This document shows positions 62,365 to 64,000 of a stretch of 64,000 bases of DNA, piece by piece. Source of the DNA: Candidatus Eremiobacteria bacterium (GTDB lineage Bacteria > Vulcanimicrobiota > Vulcanimicrobiia > Vulcanimicrobiales > Vulcanimicrobiaceae). The notes under the pieces were generated by a model. That model saw nothing but the letters and a program-made list of their open reading frames with translations, searched no databases and was not told the origin of the DNA. Location of the stretch: positions 2,144,001 through 2,208,000 of the forward strand of contig CAVTRC010000001.1 in the NCBI GenBank assembly GCA_963737065.1, in the 5' to 3' direction. Within the stretch, counting starts at the first letter, position 1, and every line of letters starts with the position of its first letter. The position numbers and the translations under genes were made by a program.

Positions 62365-62681
62365 GGTGTCACCGCTTTCACGACGATGGTGCCCTTCATG
62401 AAGGGATGAAGTTCACAAAAGTACGCGTACGTGCCGGGCTTGGTAAACGTGTGCCGCCAAACGCCGTTGCTGTCCAGCCCTTTGGAATCGAACGCACCGT
62501 CAGTTGCCGTAACGGTGTGCGCGTCGTCGTCTTGATTCACGAACGTCACCGTTTGACCGGCGGAAATCGTAAGCCGCGTCGGTGCGAACGCATCATCCTT
62601 CAAGACGACCGTCGGCGTCGAGGCGGGCGCCGCCGTCGCGCCCATCAGCGCGACGAGCAAAAGAAGCATCAACTGTCTCAT
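62361..62681 (-). CDS. cupredoxin (plastocyanin/amicyanin-like)
   Basis: Signal peptide, AHTV, YFCELHPFMKG copper site. Confidence 0.9.
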   Translation of the reverse strand: MRQLMLLLLVALMGATAAPASTPTVVLKDDAFAPTRLTISAGQTVTFVNQDDDAHTVTATDGAFDSKGLDSNGVWRHTFTKPGTYAYFCELHPFMKGTIVVKAVTP

Positions 62682-62775
62682 GCAGCTCATATGCGTGGGC
62701 TCAGCAAACGGTTCGTCTCGCGTCGTGTCATACTGAGCCTGTCGAAGGATCGTCGTCTCAGGCCAATCGCAAGGC

Positions 62776-62794
62776 TACTTGTAAAAAACAAGTA
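62776..62794. promoter_or_regulatory. palindromic operator upstream of the HxlR-type regulator
   Basis: TACTTGT-AAAAA-ACAAGTA. Confidence 0.6.
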
Positions 62795-62813
62795 AACATG
62801 CTACGCTCGAGTC

Positions 62814-63461
62814 GTGGCGACAAAACGCGGCGGTTACGGTCAGTACTGCGGTTTCTCCCGCGCGCTCGAACTGATCGGCGAGCGCTGGGCCATGCTCGTT
62901 ATTCGCGATTTGCTGGTTGGCCCAAAGCGGTTCAGCGATCTGCATCGGGGTCTGTCGAAAATTCCGACTAACATTCTTACGGTTCGCTTGAAAGAACTCG
63001 AAGAAAACGGCATCGTCCAGCGCCGCGCCGCACCGCGCCCCGGAAGCGGCGTTGTCTACGAACTTACCGATGCGGGACGCGAGTTGGAAGAGGCGGTTGT
63101 CACACTCGGGAAATGGGGCGCAAAACGTCTCGGCGACCCGCGTGAAGGCGAAATCGTTACGGAAGATTCGCTTGCGATGGCGATGCGCACGACATTCCGT
63201 CCGGACGCAGCCAAGGACGATACGATCGCGTACGAGTTTCACGTGGGCGATATTGTATTTCACGCAAACGTCGATCGCGGTGCGCTCGACGTCGGGCGCG
63301 GTGCGCTCAAGGATCCCGATATCGTGATCGAAGCCGGCCCCGCGCTACGGCTGCTCATGGCGCGCGAGGTCACGCCACACGAAGCGCTCAAACGCGGTAT
63401 CGTCTCGATCAAAGGGCCACGAAAGCTCCTCGACCGGTTCGCCGCAACATTTCAAATCTAG
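62814..63461 (+). CDS. HxlR-family winged-helix regulator with SCP2-like domain
   Basis: YGQYC...RALELIGERW.MLVIRDL..GPKRFSDL; VYELT..G. Confidence 0.88.
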   Translation: MATKRGGYGQYCGFSRALELIGERWAMLVIRDLLVGPKRFSDLHRGLSKIPTNILTVRLKELEENGIVQRRAAPRPGSGVVYELTDAGRELEEAVVTLGKWGAKRLGDPREGEIVTEDSLAMAMRTTFRPDAAKDDTIAYEFHVGDIVFHANVDRGALDVGRGALKDPDIVIEAGPALRLLMAREVTPHEALKRGIVSIKGPRKLLDRFAATFQI

Positions 63462-63472
63462 GAGGACCGACA

Positions 63473-63838
63473 GTGGGAAATCCAGTCGTTCATTTCGAGG
63501 TCATGGGAAAAAGTACGAAGATGCTAGCGTCGTTCTATCGCGACGCGTTCGGTTGGGATATTGGCGAACCGATGGGTCCTCAATCGTACTCGCTGATCAA
63601 CGCGGATCCGGAACGCGAACGCGGAATTCGCGGCGGCATCGGCACGAGCCCCGGCGGATACGAAGGCGGCGCAACCTTCTACATCGGCGTGCCGGATCTC
63701 ACCGAAGCGCTGCGAACCGTTGAAAAGCTTGGCGGCAACACGATGATGGAACCGCGCGAAGCTCCGGGCGGAATTCTTATTAGTTACTTCCGCGATCCCG
63801 AAGGTCATCCGATCGGGCTCGTGCAGATCCCTGAGTAA
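63473..63838 (+). CDS. VOC family protein
   Basis: NPVVHFEV...FYRDAFGW...FRDPEGHPIGL. Confidence 0.9.
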   Translation: MGNPVVHFEVMGKSTKMLASFYRDAFGWDIGEPMGPQSYSLINADPERERGIRGGIGTSPGGYEGGATFYIGVPDLTEALRTVEKLGGNTMMEPREAPGGILISYFRDPEGHPIGLVQIPE

Positions 63839-63850
63839 AGGAGACGCATC

Positions 63851-64000
63851 ATGACTGCGACAGTCACGCAGAAGATCACCCCGTTTCTTTGGTTCAATGA
63901 CAATGCAGAAGAAGCCGTAAATTTCTACGTTTCCATCTTCCCCGGTGCGAATATCACCGAGATCAGCCGCTATGACGAAGCGGGGCCCCGCGAAACGGGC
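63851..64000 (+). CDS. VOC / PhnB-like protein, partial
   Basis: MTATVTQKITPFLWFNDNAEEAVNFYVSIF; runs off the window. Confidence 0.85.
   Translation, partial: MTATVTQKITPFLWFNDNAEEAVNFYVSIFPGANITEISRYDEAGPRETG

Noticed and set aside
62727..62750. GTCATACTGAGCCTGTCGAAGGA REP-like motif, with partial similarity near 33250
   Set aside because: One full copy only; a repeat family cannot be established from this window

Overview
64 kb of GC-rich bacterial chromosome. The gene content suggests a soil bacterium such as Ca. Eremiobacterota, but this is inference only. The left part (1-33 kb) is mostly housekeeping and envelope genes: BlaI/M56-TonB, glnA-like, beta-propeller proteins, rpsR-rplI-lonC-dnaB, tRNA-Thr(CGT), msrAB plus radical SAM/SPASM, lysA, manA, a GGDEF protein and a FolK-GTP cyclohydrolase (MptA/FolE2) fusion. 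Two decayed accessory regions follow. The ~34.8-37.3 kb region holds a truncated hicB, a UDG-like gene and an hsdM pseudogene. The ~42.3-59.4 kb region holds a 5'-truncated LanB, an S41 peptidase, two RES-Xre TA pairs, two further antitoxin remnants, IS481/IS110/IS21 debris and a DUF2252 pseudogene. The best novelty candidates are three. (1) A ~620-codon, twice-frameshifted gene that fuses a catalytically dead LigD-type primase-polymerase domain, a HARE-type HTH and an intact PD-(D/E)xK nuclease (53.9-55.8 kb). (2) Strongly base-paired RNA elements in the leader and two spacers of the rpsR-rplI-lonC-dnaB operon, including a 186-nt element with a 30-bp closing stem running from the lonC stop codon over the dnaB RBS region. 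(3) Perfect Gram-positive-type LexA boxes upstream of that operon and on the IS21 istA start. A frameshift in the essential dnaB gene indicates that some indels are probably sequencing errors. All family calls come from motif recognition by eye; no database searches were run.
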